From an uncultured Methanotrichaceae archaeon (GTDB taxonomy: Archaea > Halobacteriota > Methanosarcinia > Methanotrichales > Methanotrichaceae), in NCBI GenBank assembly GCA_964572505.1, contig CAZNGI010000002.1:1-39726 (forward strand): 39,726 nt of DNA, in the 5' to 3' direction. The position numbers and the translations under genes are program-made. Shown piece after piece: positions 9,516 to 18,268 of this stretch. How positions within the stretch are numbered: the first letter of the stretch is position 1; every line of letters begins with the position of its first letter. The notes under the pieces are model-generated. The model worked only from the letters and a program-made list of their open reading frames with translations. It was not told the DNA's origin and made no database searches.

Positions 9516-10487
9516 TTGGCGGGCATGCAGTCCCTTTCAGAACTTGTTCGGATGCTCAGCAGCGACGACTACTTCGAGAGGCAGAGCGCCGCCTGGAAGC
9601 TGGTAGAGATGAAAGGCGAGGCGGTAGAGCCTCTCCTGGAGGCGGTGGAGAGGGATCCGGACCCCCAGGTAAGGTTCAAGTCGGCCTGGGCCCTGGGAAA
9701 GATCGGCGACTCCAGAGCCCTCGACCCTCTCGCCGGAGCACTTCTGGAAGACGAGGACCCTTCGGTCAGGGAGTGGGCGGCCTCGGCCCTGGAGGCGATC
9801 GGCGACCTGCGGGCGATCCCCGTCCTCGCCCGGTCCCTGGCGTCCGACCAGTCCAGGGATGTGAGGGTGAGGTCCTCCCTCGCCCTTGTGGCCTTTGGAG
9901 CCTCCGAGGCCTTCATGGAGCTTCTCAAAGAGCCCGACCTGGAGACAAAACAGATGGCAGTGGTGGGCCTCGGCCGTCTCCGGTGCATAGAATCGATCGA
10001 AATGGTGGCATCTTTTATCGAAGACGATGACCCGGAGCTGAGGAGGAGGGTCGCCTGGTCTCTCGGGGAGATGAAAACGCCCGAATCTGCACCGCTTCTG
10101 AGGCCTGCCCTGGAAGATCAAAGCCACGTCGTCAGGATGACCGCAGCCAAGTCCCTCGCCTCCGTCGGTGGTGAAGAGGCCTGCAGGATGGCCTTATCCC
10201 TTCTCGAGGACGAGCACCCCCAGGTAAGGCTCTCGGCGGTCACCGCCCTCGGAGAGATCGGCCTTGAGGACGCCCTCGATCGGCTGGTTGGGATGATGTT
10301 CGGCGAGGACGACGAGGAGATCAGGGCCTGGGCTGCCTGGAGCCTGGGCGAGATCGGCAACGTCCGGGCGGTCGAGCATCTCCAGGAGGCCTGCGTGAAG
10401 TGCCCATCGATGGTTCGAGAGAAGGCCCTCGACTCCCTGGAACAGGTCTTTGGGATCGGCACAGGCGACCGGAAGGACGAAGTCTAG
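9516..10487 (+). CDS. HEAT-repeat (PBS lyase-like) protein
   Basis: Repeated D-x-D-P-x-VR-xx-AA-x-ALG-x-IG units; alternative start ATG 9525. Confidence 0.9.
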   Translation: MAGMQSLSELVRMLSSDDYFERQSAAWKLVEMKGEAVEPLLEAVERDPDPQVRFKSAWALGKIGDSRALDPLAGALLEDEDPSVREWAASALEAIGDLRAIPVLARSLASDQSRDVRVRSSLALVAFGASEAFMELLKEPDLETKQMAVVGLGRLRCIESIEMVASFIEDDDPELRRRVAWSLGEMKTPESAPLLRPALEDQSHVVRMTAAKSLASVGGEEACRMALSLLEDEHPQVRLSAVTALGEIGLEDALDRLVGMMFGEDDEEIRAWAAWSLGEIGNVRAVEHLQEACVKCPSMVREKALDSLEQVFGIGTGDRKDEV

Positions 10488-10492
10488 GTCCA

Positions 10493-10500
10493 TTTTTTTT
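10493..10500 (+). terminator. Oligo-T archaeal terminator candidate
   Basis: T8 tract 6 nt after the HEAT gene stop. Confidence 0.45.
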
Positions 10501-10555
10501 CCTGGATTCGATTCACACCGTCACCTATTTTTCTCCTGGAGTTCCTGGATAATTA

Positions 10556-11518
10556 ATGAACCTTGAGTCTCTAGCGGCCGAGCTTCGCGGGTTTGTGGGC
10601 ATAACCCGGAAGAAGGCCATCGGCGATCTGGTCGGCCACTTTCCCGTGGACTCAGACCTGATCATAGCCTCTTTCGGGGAGGACGCGGCGGTCATCGATG
10701 ACGGCGACGAGGTGATGCTTCTTGCGGCTGACGGGATCTGGAGCAGGCTGCTGGAGGCCGACGCCGAGTGGGCCGGCTACTGCGCGGTTCTGGTGAACGT
10801 TCACGACATCGCTGCGATGGGGGGCTGGCCCGTGGCCATGGTGGACGTCTTCAGTGTCGACTCGCCAGATCTCGCTGAAGACGTCCTCCGGGGCCTCAAG
10901 AAGGGGATCGAGAAGTTCAAGGTGCCCATAATCGGGGGGCACTTCCATCCAGACACCCCTTACAGCGCCCTGGACGTAGCCATCCTCGGCAAAGCGAAGA
11001 AGGGGGCTGTGATCCTCAGCAGCACGGCGAAGCCTGGCGACTCGATCGTCGTCGGGGTCGATCTCGACGGGCGGGTCCACCCGAGCTTTGCGATCAACTG
11101 GGACACAACTAGCTTCAAGGACGGCGAAGTTCTCCTCCGCCAGCTAGGATCGATGAGGGAGCTTGGTGAGAGGGGGCTCGTCACCGCGGGAAAGGACATC
11201 AGCAACCCTGGGATGCTCGGAACCCTGGGGATGCTCCTAGAGTCGAGCCACGCGGGCGCCGTCGTCGACCTCGACCTTCTGCCCAAGCCCGAGGGGATGG
11301 AGATGGCGAGCTGGCAGAAGATGTATCCGGGGATGGGCTTCGTCGTTACTGCTCCCCCGGATAAAGCGGAGGCGGTCGCCCGAATCTTCAGGGACCGGGG
11401 CCTTTCATCCGCCGTCATCGGCCGGGTGACCGAGGAGCGGCGCCTGGAGATCGCATCCGGAGGGGAAAGGGCCGTCCTCTTCGACTTCGAGCGTGAAGTC
11501 ATCACCGGCATAAGGTGA
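10556..11518 (+). CDS. Methanogenesis marker protein 2 (AIR synthase/PurM-like fold)
   Basis: F-x-GITRKK, FGEDAAVI, LLAADGIW, VNVHDIAAMGG, GGHFHPDT and AGKDISNPG motifs. Confidence 0.88.
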   Translation: MNLESLAAELRGFVGITRKKAIGDLVGHFPVDSDLIIASFGEDAAVIDDGDEVMLLAADGIWSRLLEADAEWAGYCAVLVNVHDIAAMGGWPVAMVDVFSVDSPDLAEDVLRGLKKGIEKFKVPIIGGHFHPDTPYSALDVAILGKAKKGAVILSSTAKPGDSIVVGVDLDGRVHPSFAINWDTTSFKDGEVLLRQLGSMRELGERGLVTAGKDISNPGMLGTLGMLLESSHAGAVVDLDLLPKPEGMEMASWQKMYPGMGFVVTAPPDKAEAVARIFRDRGLSSAVIGRVTEERRLEIASGGERAVLFDFEREVITGIR

Positions 11519-11522
11519 TCGC

Positions 11523-12332
11523 TTGGATGCAGGGTTCGTGGACCGGATGGAGCGGGCCGCAAAGGAACGGCGGGCCAGGATCGGCATCGGCGTCAACGGA
11601 GGCGGCTCGGAGATCATCGCCGGGATCGAGGAAGCCATCGAGTATGCTGAGATCGTGATTGTGGGAGATCCCGGCCCCGGTTGTGAGATCGGGTCAGAGC
11701 TGGAGCTGGTACGGACCGAAGATCCCGCCTCGGCCCTGGTTGACCTCCTGGAAAAAGGCGAGATCGACGGGGCGGTGAGGGGAAACCTCTCGGCCACCAG
11801 AGTCATGAAAAACATCGCCAAGACCTTCGATGTGAGGGTTAGGCGGCTATCCCTTCTCGCCCTTCCCGAGTGGAGCTTCTTCCTTGCCCCCGTCGGGATA
11901 GATGAGGGCGACTCCATCTCCGACAGACTGAACCTGGCGGTCCTGGGCGCCGAGTACCTCAAGGCGATGGACGTCGAACCCAAAGTCTCGATCCTCTCCG
12001 GCGGGAGGATGGAGGACCTGGGCAGAAGCGATCGGGTCGACAGAACCCTCGCCGAGGCGGAGCTTGTGGCAAGGCTCGCTCGAGACGCCGGCGTCCGGGC
12101 CGAGCACAGGGGCATTCTCATCGAGACCTGCCGCGGCGAAGACCTGATCGTCGCCCCCGATGGGATATCCGGAAACCTGATATTTCGCACTTTGATGCTT
12201 CTCTCCGGGGCGAAAGGCTTCGGCGCTCCGGTGATCATGGACCCGGTCTTCGTCGATTCTAGCAGGGCGAGGAAGAGCTTCTCAGGGCCGATCATGCTCG
12301 CCAGCGCCCTCGTGGCGATGAAGGGGCGCTGA
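11523..12332 (+). CDS. mtxX: Methanogen marker protein 4 (MtxX family, PTA-like fold)
   Basis: IDGAVRGNL, LAPVGIDEG, SGGRMEDLGR, APDGISGNLIFRTL and VDSSRA motifs; TTG start. Confidence 0.85.
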   Translation: MDAGFVDRMERAAKERRARIGIGVNGGGSEIIAGIEEAIEYAEIVIVGDPGPGCEIGSELELVRTEDPASALVDLLEKGEIDGAVRGNLSATRVMKNIAKTFDVRVRRLSLLALPEWSFFLAPVGIDEGDSISDRLNLAVLGAEYLKAMDVEPKVSILSGGRMEDLGRSDRVDRTLAEAELVARLARDAGVRAEHRGILIETCRGEDLIVAPDGISGNLIFRTLMLLSGAKGFGAPVIMDPVFVDSSRARKSFSGPIMLASALVAMKGR

Positions 12333-12400
12333 GGCCTTTAGAAATTGGAGTGAGGAAAAAAAGAGGAGGATGGTCAACGATCCCATCCTCGAATCGGTTT

Positions 12401-13438
12401 TTAGCCGGACTCCACACCCAGCACCTTCAGCGGGTTAACGCCTGCTCCCTGCAGAGCTTGCAGTTCGCTCATGCTCTCCAGAGGGAACTCCTTGATGGTG
12501 GAGACGAAGTCCTCCGGGGTATCGGCTGAATCCATCAGCACCAAGTCTTCCTTCAGCCTGTAGGCCCAGCTCGGCCAGGTGTCTATGTTGCTCATGTTTC
12601 CGGCCTTGTCAAAGTCGAATCCCAGCACCAGACCGTCGCCTGAATTGGACGATCCGTCCCATCTTATGAATATCCCGGCGACTCTTGTGCCGTACTTCTC
12701 CGTCAGGGCGCTCGTCTCGTCTGCGGTGAGGTACTTGACGTACATGCCCTTCTTTCCGGGGGTGCAGTCCCAGGCCACCTGGAAGTAGTCATCTTTGCAC
12801 CAGTTGGGACAGGCTATAACCTTGTAGCTCTGGTTGTTGGGGTCGGTTATGGGAAGCTCGTCCTCGACGTACCTCGCCTCCAAAAAGCCGCTGGAGACCC
12901 CGGGGCAGATGTGGTCGTGCAATTGGACCGCCTTCATGAATACGTAGGGGGTGTTCTCGTGGGCCCATACGTTCGCGATGGGCATCATGTGGCCGAAGAC
13001 GCCCGGCTCCCAGGTCTCAACGTTGGCCAAGACGTAGTCGGCGTCGATCTCGTCCTTCTCCTGGACGTCAAAGCCGGTGGCGTCGGCGTTCGCCTTCATG
13101 TAGACCGCATCGCCTGTGTTCTTGTTGAAAAAGCCAAACCACAGCGGCTTCCAGGGAGGGCTCTGGGTGTTGATCAGGTTCTCCTTTCCCGGAGTGCAGC
13201 CGGAGACATCCATCACCGCGTCAAGGCACATATCGGTGGTAACGCCGTCTATCACCGGATATCCGGCGTTGGTGAGGGCCAGCACGTTCAAATCGCCCTT
13301 CTCAAACCCCAGCTCGGTCATGGCGCGGTTTGCGGCATCCGCGCCCAGCTGGTACATATCCGCCCCATCGCCCAGGGCCATCCCCGGCACCAGGGCCATC
13401 AGGAGCAGAATCGTCACTGCAAATCGATCTATTTTCAC
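12401..13438 (-). CDS. Secreted FmdE-family (formylmethanofuran dehydrogenase subunit E-like) metal-binding protein
   Basis: HDHICPG, WCKDD and CTPGK (twice) motifs; signal peptide; GTG start at 13438 preceded by AGGTGA (ORF track start 13513 is too long). Confidence 0.82.
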   Translation of the reverse strand: MKIDRFAVTILLLMALVPGMALGDGADMYQLGADAANRAMTELGFEKGDLNVLALTNAGYPVIDGVTTDMCLDAVMDVSGCTPGKENLINTQSPPWKPLWFGFFNKNTGDAVYMKANADATGFDVQEKDEIDADYVLANVETWEPGVFGHMMPIANVWAHENTPYVFMKAVQLHDHICPGVSSGFLEARYVEDELPITDPNNQSYKVIACPNWCKDDYFQVAWDCTPGKKGMYVKYLTADETSALTEKYGTRVAGIFIRWDGSSNSGDGLVLGFDFDKAGNMSNIDTWPSWAYRLKEDLVLMDSADTPEDFVSTIKEFPLESMSELQALQGAGVNPLKVLGVESG

Positions 13439-13829
13439 ATTATCACCTGCTGTTCGAAATTGGGCTTGCGATCTATGAATTAATGCTACGCAAGACGGTA
13501 AGAGTGATACCAAATAGGTTATAACTTTTTCGATTGAAGTTCATATTAATCAACAATTTAATTAAAATGGTTCATACTTTTGGACGATCCGCCTCGGTTA
13601 AAATGGCAGAAGTGGGGCGCCGTCCAAGAGCGAGCGGCTTCTGGAAAAGCAGGTAGACGGATACCAAAGAAGATGCATGAGGCCAGGTCGACCTTCTACT
13701 AAACCCACAACGAGATGGCTTTCGACATTCCGATCGCCCTGAACAGGCTCTCCTTCGTCGACGTGAATAGGGATAGGGGATCAAATGCACGGATTTCATC
13801 GCCCTCGGGCCACAGAAATTCTTATTAAT

Positions 13830-13853
13830 TCACATCAAACATTTGACATGTGA
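13830..13853. promoter_or_regulatory. Nested palindrome between TATA-like box and flavin reductase start
   Basis: TCACAT-N12-ATGTGA with inner TCAAA-CA-TTTGA; CTTATTAA at 13821-13828. Confidence 0.4.
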
Positions 13854-13859
13854 TCGAAT

Positions 13860-14411
13860 ATGATTTTGAACCCAAACATGAGAGGACAGGTTCTGCCGAT
13901 GCCGGTCGTGCTAATATCGACGATATCGAAGGACAACGTCAGAAACGCCGCTCCCTGGGGCTGCATTATGCCGATTTTGAGGCCCCTGGACGAGATCGCC
14001 ATCGCCTCCTGGCTGAAGCGAGACACCCTCGACAACATCCGGGATACCGGCGAGTTCGTCGTCAACGTCCCCACCGTCGATATGGTAAAGGAGGTCGATA
14101 TATGTGCGAAGAGCTTTCCTCCCGAGGTCGACGAGTTCGAAGAGGCGGGTTTGTCCCCCCATCCCTCGGTGAAGGTGAAGCCCCCAGGAATCGAGGGGTG
14201 CGTCGCCTGGATGGAGTGCAAACTTGTCGAGGAGATCCTTCGAGAGAAGTACTCCCTGATCGTGGGGAGGGTCGTTCACCTGGAGGGAAACGACGACTTC
14301 TTCGACGATGATGGCGGGATGGACTTTGAGAGGGCGAGGCCTATGTCGATGATCATGGGGCCTGATGGGGTCTGCTACACCCACCCGACCTCAGGACGGC
14401 AGCAATTATGA
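13860..14411 (+). CDS. Flavin reductase family protein (DIM6/NTAB, flavoredoxin-like)
   Basis: PMPVVLIST, NAAPW, RDTLDNIRDTGEFVVNVP, VKPPGIEGC and MECKL motifs. Confidence 0.9.
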   Translation: MILNPNMRGQVLPMPVVLISTISKDNVRNAAPWGCIMPILRPLDEIAIASWLKRDTLDNIRDTGEFVVNVPTVDMVKEVDICAKSFPPEVDEFEEAGLSPHPSVKVKPPGIEGCVAWMECKLVEEILREKYSLIVGRVVHLEGNDDFFDDDGGMDFERARPMSMIMGPDGVCYTHPTSGRQQL

Positions 14412-14444
14412 TACATTTTAACAGCCTTTCGAGGTGATGGAATC

Positions 14445-14531
14445 GTAATCTTGAGTCCGAGCAAAAGAGAGCAGGTTTTTTCCCTGCCGGTGGTGCTCAT
14501 ATCGACGACGAGCTGAATAAGCAATCTCGCC
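14445..14531 (+). pseudogene. Truncated tandem paralog of the flavin reductase (N-terminal remnant)
   Basis: GAGGTGA RBS at 14431, then (GTA)ILSPSKREQVFSLPVVLISTTS*ISNLA versus MILNPNMRGQVLPMPVVLISTISKDNVRNAA. Confidence 0.8.
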
Positions 14532-14783
14532 GGCTCGGATCAGAGGCCGCTTCCACGGTCCCTTCGGTGCAAGCCTCTCGAAGGCCTACAGCAGCCTCTT
14601 AATCTTTTTTCCAGCGTCATTTTTCATTCGTCCCGGTCGCCTTCAGAATACCTGCGCCTGAGATCGGTCTTTTGATGAAGATCAAATTCTTTCCTGATCT
14701 TTTGTTCACATCATTTTCACCAATAATGATAAATAGAGATAATTTATCCTAGCTTCGTAGAATTTGATCACAAATTAGGTGAT

Positions 14784-16079
14784 GTGAAAATGGAAGAAAT
14801 ATGCAAAATAACGAGCGAAATCATAAGATTGCCCCTTCTCCTGCTTTTGGCGATCTCGATCTCGCTCGCGGCGATGCCGGCCGTCGCCCTCTCAGTGGTG
14901 GTCCCCGGCGACCTCGACGGTGACATGATCGTCTCGGACGAGGAGCTGGAGGAAGCTCACAGCTCCTTCGACGATGGGAAATTGACATCTGAAGAGCTGG
15001 AGAAGATCGAGCAGATCAACGAAAACTATCCGAGGACGGTAACCGACACCTCGGGCCGAGAGGTCACGATCTACAAGCCCATCGAGAGGATCATCACCCG
15101 TGAGCCTGACACCTGTCGCATAGTCGTCGCCCTGGGCGATGGCGACAAAGTCATCTCCTCAGAGCAGGCTGTCAAGTCGTGTCTCTGTCCCACCACCTTC
15201 GGCGCCTTCGATGAGGGATGTCTGGAATGCTATCAGACGATCATCGGCGGGAGGATGCCGGACCTTCCGGAGACGAGCACACGATATGATATAAACTACG
15301 AGCTGATGGCCTCCTTCAATCCGGACGTGATCATCACATCCGGCACGACCGACGTCGAAAACTTCGAGATCAAGGTGGGATGTCCCTGCGTCGTCGCCGG
15401 AGGCGACGGCTGGATATACAGCTATGATGACGGCCTCTACGGACGGATTGAGGTCATAGGCGACGTCCTCGATAGGGAAGAGGAGGCAGAAGAGCTCATC
15501 GCTTTCGTCGAGTCGAAGATCGATATGATAAGATCGGCTACGGATGCCCTGGAAGAGAACGAAAAGCCGAAGGTCTACTTCGCTCCCCGAGGCGCCAAGC
15601 TCGGGTTCTACGACCCGAAGGAGGGGCGCGACTTCACCAGGACGTTTTCAGACTACGACCCCCTGGAGATAGCTGGCGGCATCAACGTTGCCGAGGAGGC
15701 TGAAGGGTACGAGGTCAACGTCGCTCTCGAGCAGATCATCGCCTGGAACCCTGATTACATCTTTGTGGCCTGTAGCAATCCTGATGACAGAGATGTGATC
15801 GACTGGATCAAGAATTCTCCTGATCTCCAATCCATAGCCGCAGTCAAAAACGGGAACGTCTATAACTGCTTCTATCCTCACTGTAGGGGCAGACCTCCAG
15901 ATCGAAGCCTCTTCAACATGATCTACATGGCAAAGCTCCTCCACCCCGATGAGTTCGAGGATCTGGACCTGGAGAAAGAGGGCAACGAGATCTTCAAGGC
16001 GTTTCTCGGAGTTGACGGCGTCTTTACAGAGTACGCCGACTACCTCGTCTGGCCGAGGGAGTACCTGAACTCACAGTAA
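14784..16079 (+). CDS. Class III (BtuF/FecB-type) ABC substrate-binding protein with N-terminal EF-hand/dockerin-like segment and Cys-rich insert
   Basis: YPRTVTDTSGREVTIYKPIERII, NYELMASFNPDVII, EQIIAWNPDYI, AVKNGNVY; signal peptide; GDLDGDMIVSDEE; alternative start ATG 14790. Confidence 0.9.
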   Translation: MKMEEICKITSEIIRLPLLLLLAISISLAAMPAVALSVVVPGDLDGDMIVSDEELEEAHSSFDDGKLTSEELEKIEQINENYPRTVTDTSGREVTIYKPIERIITREPDTCRIVVALGDGDKVISSEQAVKSCLCPTTFGAFDEGCLECYQTIIGGRMPDLPETSTRYDINYELMASFNPDVIITSGTTDVENFEIKVGCPCVVAGGDGWIYSYDDGLYGRIEVIGDVLDREEEAEELIAFVESKIDMIRSATDALEENEKPKVYFAPRGAKLGFYDPKEGRDFTRTFSDYDPLEIAGGINVAEEAEGYEVNVALEQIIAWNPDYIFVACSNPDDRDVIDWIKNSPDLQSIAAVKNGNVYNCFYPHCRGRPPDRSLFNMIYMAKLLHPDEFEDLDLEKEGNEIFKAFLGVDGVFTEYADYLVWPREYLNSQ

Positions 16080-16110
16080 ATTTTGGGATTTTTGATGGTG
16101 GAATGATGTT

Positions 16111-16136
16111 GGAGGAGGGCATACCGTCCTCTCTCC
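16111..16136 (+). other. Intergenic stem-loop after SBP1
   Basis: GGAGGAGGGC-ATACC-GTCCTCTCTCC imperfect hairpin. Confidence 0.45.
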
Positions 16137-16157
16137 TTGAGATTGAAGGTGCGTAAA

Positions 16158-17288
16158 ATGAGATGGACTTTGTCCTTGACGATGGTGCTTTTTGCATCAA
16201 TGGTGCTGCTTGCGGCATCCCCCGCAGCTGCCAATGAGGGTTACCCAAAGACGATCACCGACATGGCCGGAAGGGTTGTGACGATAGACGGGCCGATCGA
16301 GCGGATCATCACCACCAACCCGGACAACTCCAGAACGATCATAGCACTGGGCGACGGCGACAAGATCGTTGGAACCGACGAAGCCACGATCGGAAGCTGC
16401 GTCTGCCCCAAAAACGGGAGCGAAGAGATCTGTCCGAGCTGCTGGGAGAACGTCTGCGGCGGCGAGCTTGCAGAGATCCCCGAGACGAGCACCCGGTATA
16501 CTGTGAATTACGAGCTGATGGCATCCCTGGAACCCGACGTCATATTCGAGACGATGTTCTGGTCTGATCGGGCCGATGAGATGCAGGAAAAGGTGGGTTC
16601 CCCCGTAGTATGCGTCGGAACCGACTTCGATTTTGAGACGGTCTCAGATCAGATCGAGCTCATAGGCGAAGTTCTGAATAGAGGAGACGAAGCCGAAGAG
16701 CTGATCGAGTTCATCGACTCCGAGGTCGAGATGGTGAGATCGATCACAGAAAATTTGGACGAAAGTGAGAAGCCTACGGTCTACTTTGCGCCAAGGGGAA
16801 GTTCCAAGGGTTTTTACGATCCGAAAGAAGGACGCGACTTTACACGTACCGTAACCTTCTATGAACCACTGGAGGTCGCAGGTGGAATAAACGTGGCCGC
16901 AGAAAGCGGACTGACCGACTTCGAAGGAAGCGCCATAAATGTCGGAATTGAGCAGATAATCGCGTGGGACCCAGAGTACATCCTCTCGGCAGATGATGTG
17001 GAGACGATCGATGTTCTGAGGTCAGCCCCCGATCTTGAGTCGATAAAAGCGGTCCAGAACGGCAACGTCTACAACTGTTTCTATCCGTATTGTCGAGGCA
17101 TGCCGATTGACAGAAGCCTGCTGAACATGGTCTACATGGCCAAAGTGCTCCACCCAGAGAAGTTCGAAGATCTGGACCTGGAGGAAGAGGGCAACAAGAT
17201 CATGAAGGCGTTTCTCGGGGTTGACGGCGTCTTTTCAGAGTACGCCGACTACCTGGTCTGGCCGAGGGAGTACCTGGACTCACAGTGA
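16158..17288 (+). CDS. Class III ABC substrate-binding protein, paralog of the upstream gene
   Basis: YPKTITDMAGRVVTI, VYFAPRG...GFYDPKEGRDFTRT, EQIIAWDPEYI; ATG 16158 after GAAGGTG; AAA-type signal peptide. Confidence 0.9.
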   Translation: MRWTLSLTMVLFASMVLLAASPAAANEGYPKTITDMAGRVVTIDGPIERIITTNPDNSRTIIALGDGDKIVGTDEATIGSCVCPKNGSEEICPSCWENVCGGELAEIPETSTRYTVNYELMASLEPDVIFETMFWSDRADEMQEKVGSPVVCVGTDFDFETVSDQIELIGEVLNRGDEAEELIEFIDSEVEMVRSITENLDESEKPTVYFAPRGSSKGFYDPKEGRDFTRTVTFYEPLEVAGGINVAAESGLTDFEGSAINVGIEQIIAWDPEYILSADDVETIDVLRSAPDLESIKAVQNGNVYNCFYPYCRGMPIDRSLLNMVYMAKVLHPEKFEDLDLEEEGNKIMKAFLGVDGVFSEYADYLVWPREYLDSQ

Positions 17289-18226
17289 ATTTTGAGAAGT
17301 TTGGAGGCGGGTGGAAGACGATCCTCGCCCCTTCTTCATCCGATCAATCAGAAATAACGGAGGGAAAAGAGCTGAACGGCATTATAAACTGGAACGAGCT
17401 TCGAAAGGCGATGATCTCGGAAGGGCGCGGGAGAAGGGGGCGCGAAAACCCCGGAGAATTTTGGGATAAGAGGGCGCAGGAGTTCAACAGGTCGACGAAG
17501 GAGCATAACGAGCGGACCGATCGGCAGGTGGCAAGCTTGCGGCTCGATCCTGACTATACCGTCCTGGACGTGGGCGCTGGCACCGGCCGCCTTTCGGTTC
17601 CCATCGCCAAAAGGGTGATGCAGGTGACCTCGATAGATCAGTCGAGAGGGATGCTCGACTGCCTTGAGGAGAACATGGCCGAGGAGAGTCTCTCCAACTT
17701 TCATTGCCTTCAAAAAAGGTGGGAGGACGTCCAGCTGGGAGTCGATATCGAGCCTCACGACGTGGTCATAGCCTCCCATTCCCTGGGGATGTTCGACCTT
17801 CAGGAGGCCCTGGAGAAGATGAATGCGGCGGCGAAGAAATACGTCTACATCTTCACCTCCGCAGGCAAGTGGTTCTTCGACGACCTCGAAGAGGAGCTCT
17901 GGGAGAGGATCTACGATAGGCCTCCGAGGCGAGGTGGCGGCTGGCGGTCCGATTACATGCTCCTCTATAACGTACTCCACGACATGGGGATCTACGCCAA
18001 CGTCGAGATTAGGGACTCGACGCACGTTCAGCGCTACGGGAGCCTCGATGAGGCGGCCCGGCGATGGAAGGTGATGAGGGATATCCCCGAGGAGAACGAG
18101 CCAAATTTGAGAGAGTATCTCGCCAAAAATCTCGAAGAGGAAAGCGGCGAGAATGGCGGAGGCCTCACCTTCAGGCGAAGGACGAAGAGCGCCATGATAT
18201 GGTGGCCCAAGTCGGAAAGCTCGTGA
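17285..18226 (+). CDS. Class I SAM-dependent methyltransferase
   Basis: Motif I VLDVGAGTG, IDQSRGML, HDVVIASHSL; true start uncertain (possibly CTG at 17372). Confidence 0.88.
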   Translation: MNFEKFGGGWKTILAPSSSDQSEITEGKELNGIINWNELRKAMISEGRGRRGRENPGEFWDKRAQEFNRSTKEHNERTDRQVASLRLDPDYTVLDVGAGTGRLSVPIAKRVMQVTSIDQSRGMLDCLEENMAEESLSNFHCLQKRWEDVQLGVDIEPHDVVIASHSLGMFDLQEALEKMNAAAKKYVYIFTSAGKWFFDDLEEELWERIYDRPPRRGGGWRSDYMLLYNVLHDMGIYANVEIRDSTHVQRYGSLDEAARRWKVMRDIPEENEPNLREYLAKNLEEESGENGGGLTFRRRTKSAMIWWPKSESS

Positions 18227-18268
18227 TGCTTTGAAATTTTACGGGACTAAATTCAGGAGGGCTGAATA

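Noticed and set aside
12401-13438. Calling this gene a true fmdE of a formylmethanofuran dehydrogenase operon
   Set aside because: No fmdA/B/C/D neighbours; it has a signal peptide and about twice the usual length, so no gene symbol was assigned.
13570-13800. Hairpin (TTGGACG...CGTCCAA) and 75-aa ORF between the FmdE-like and flavin reductase genes
   Set aside because: Short stem compatible with chance, no known riboswitch consensus recognised, and the ORF composition looks non-coding.
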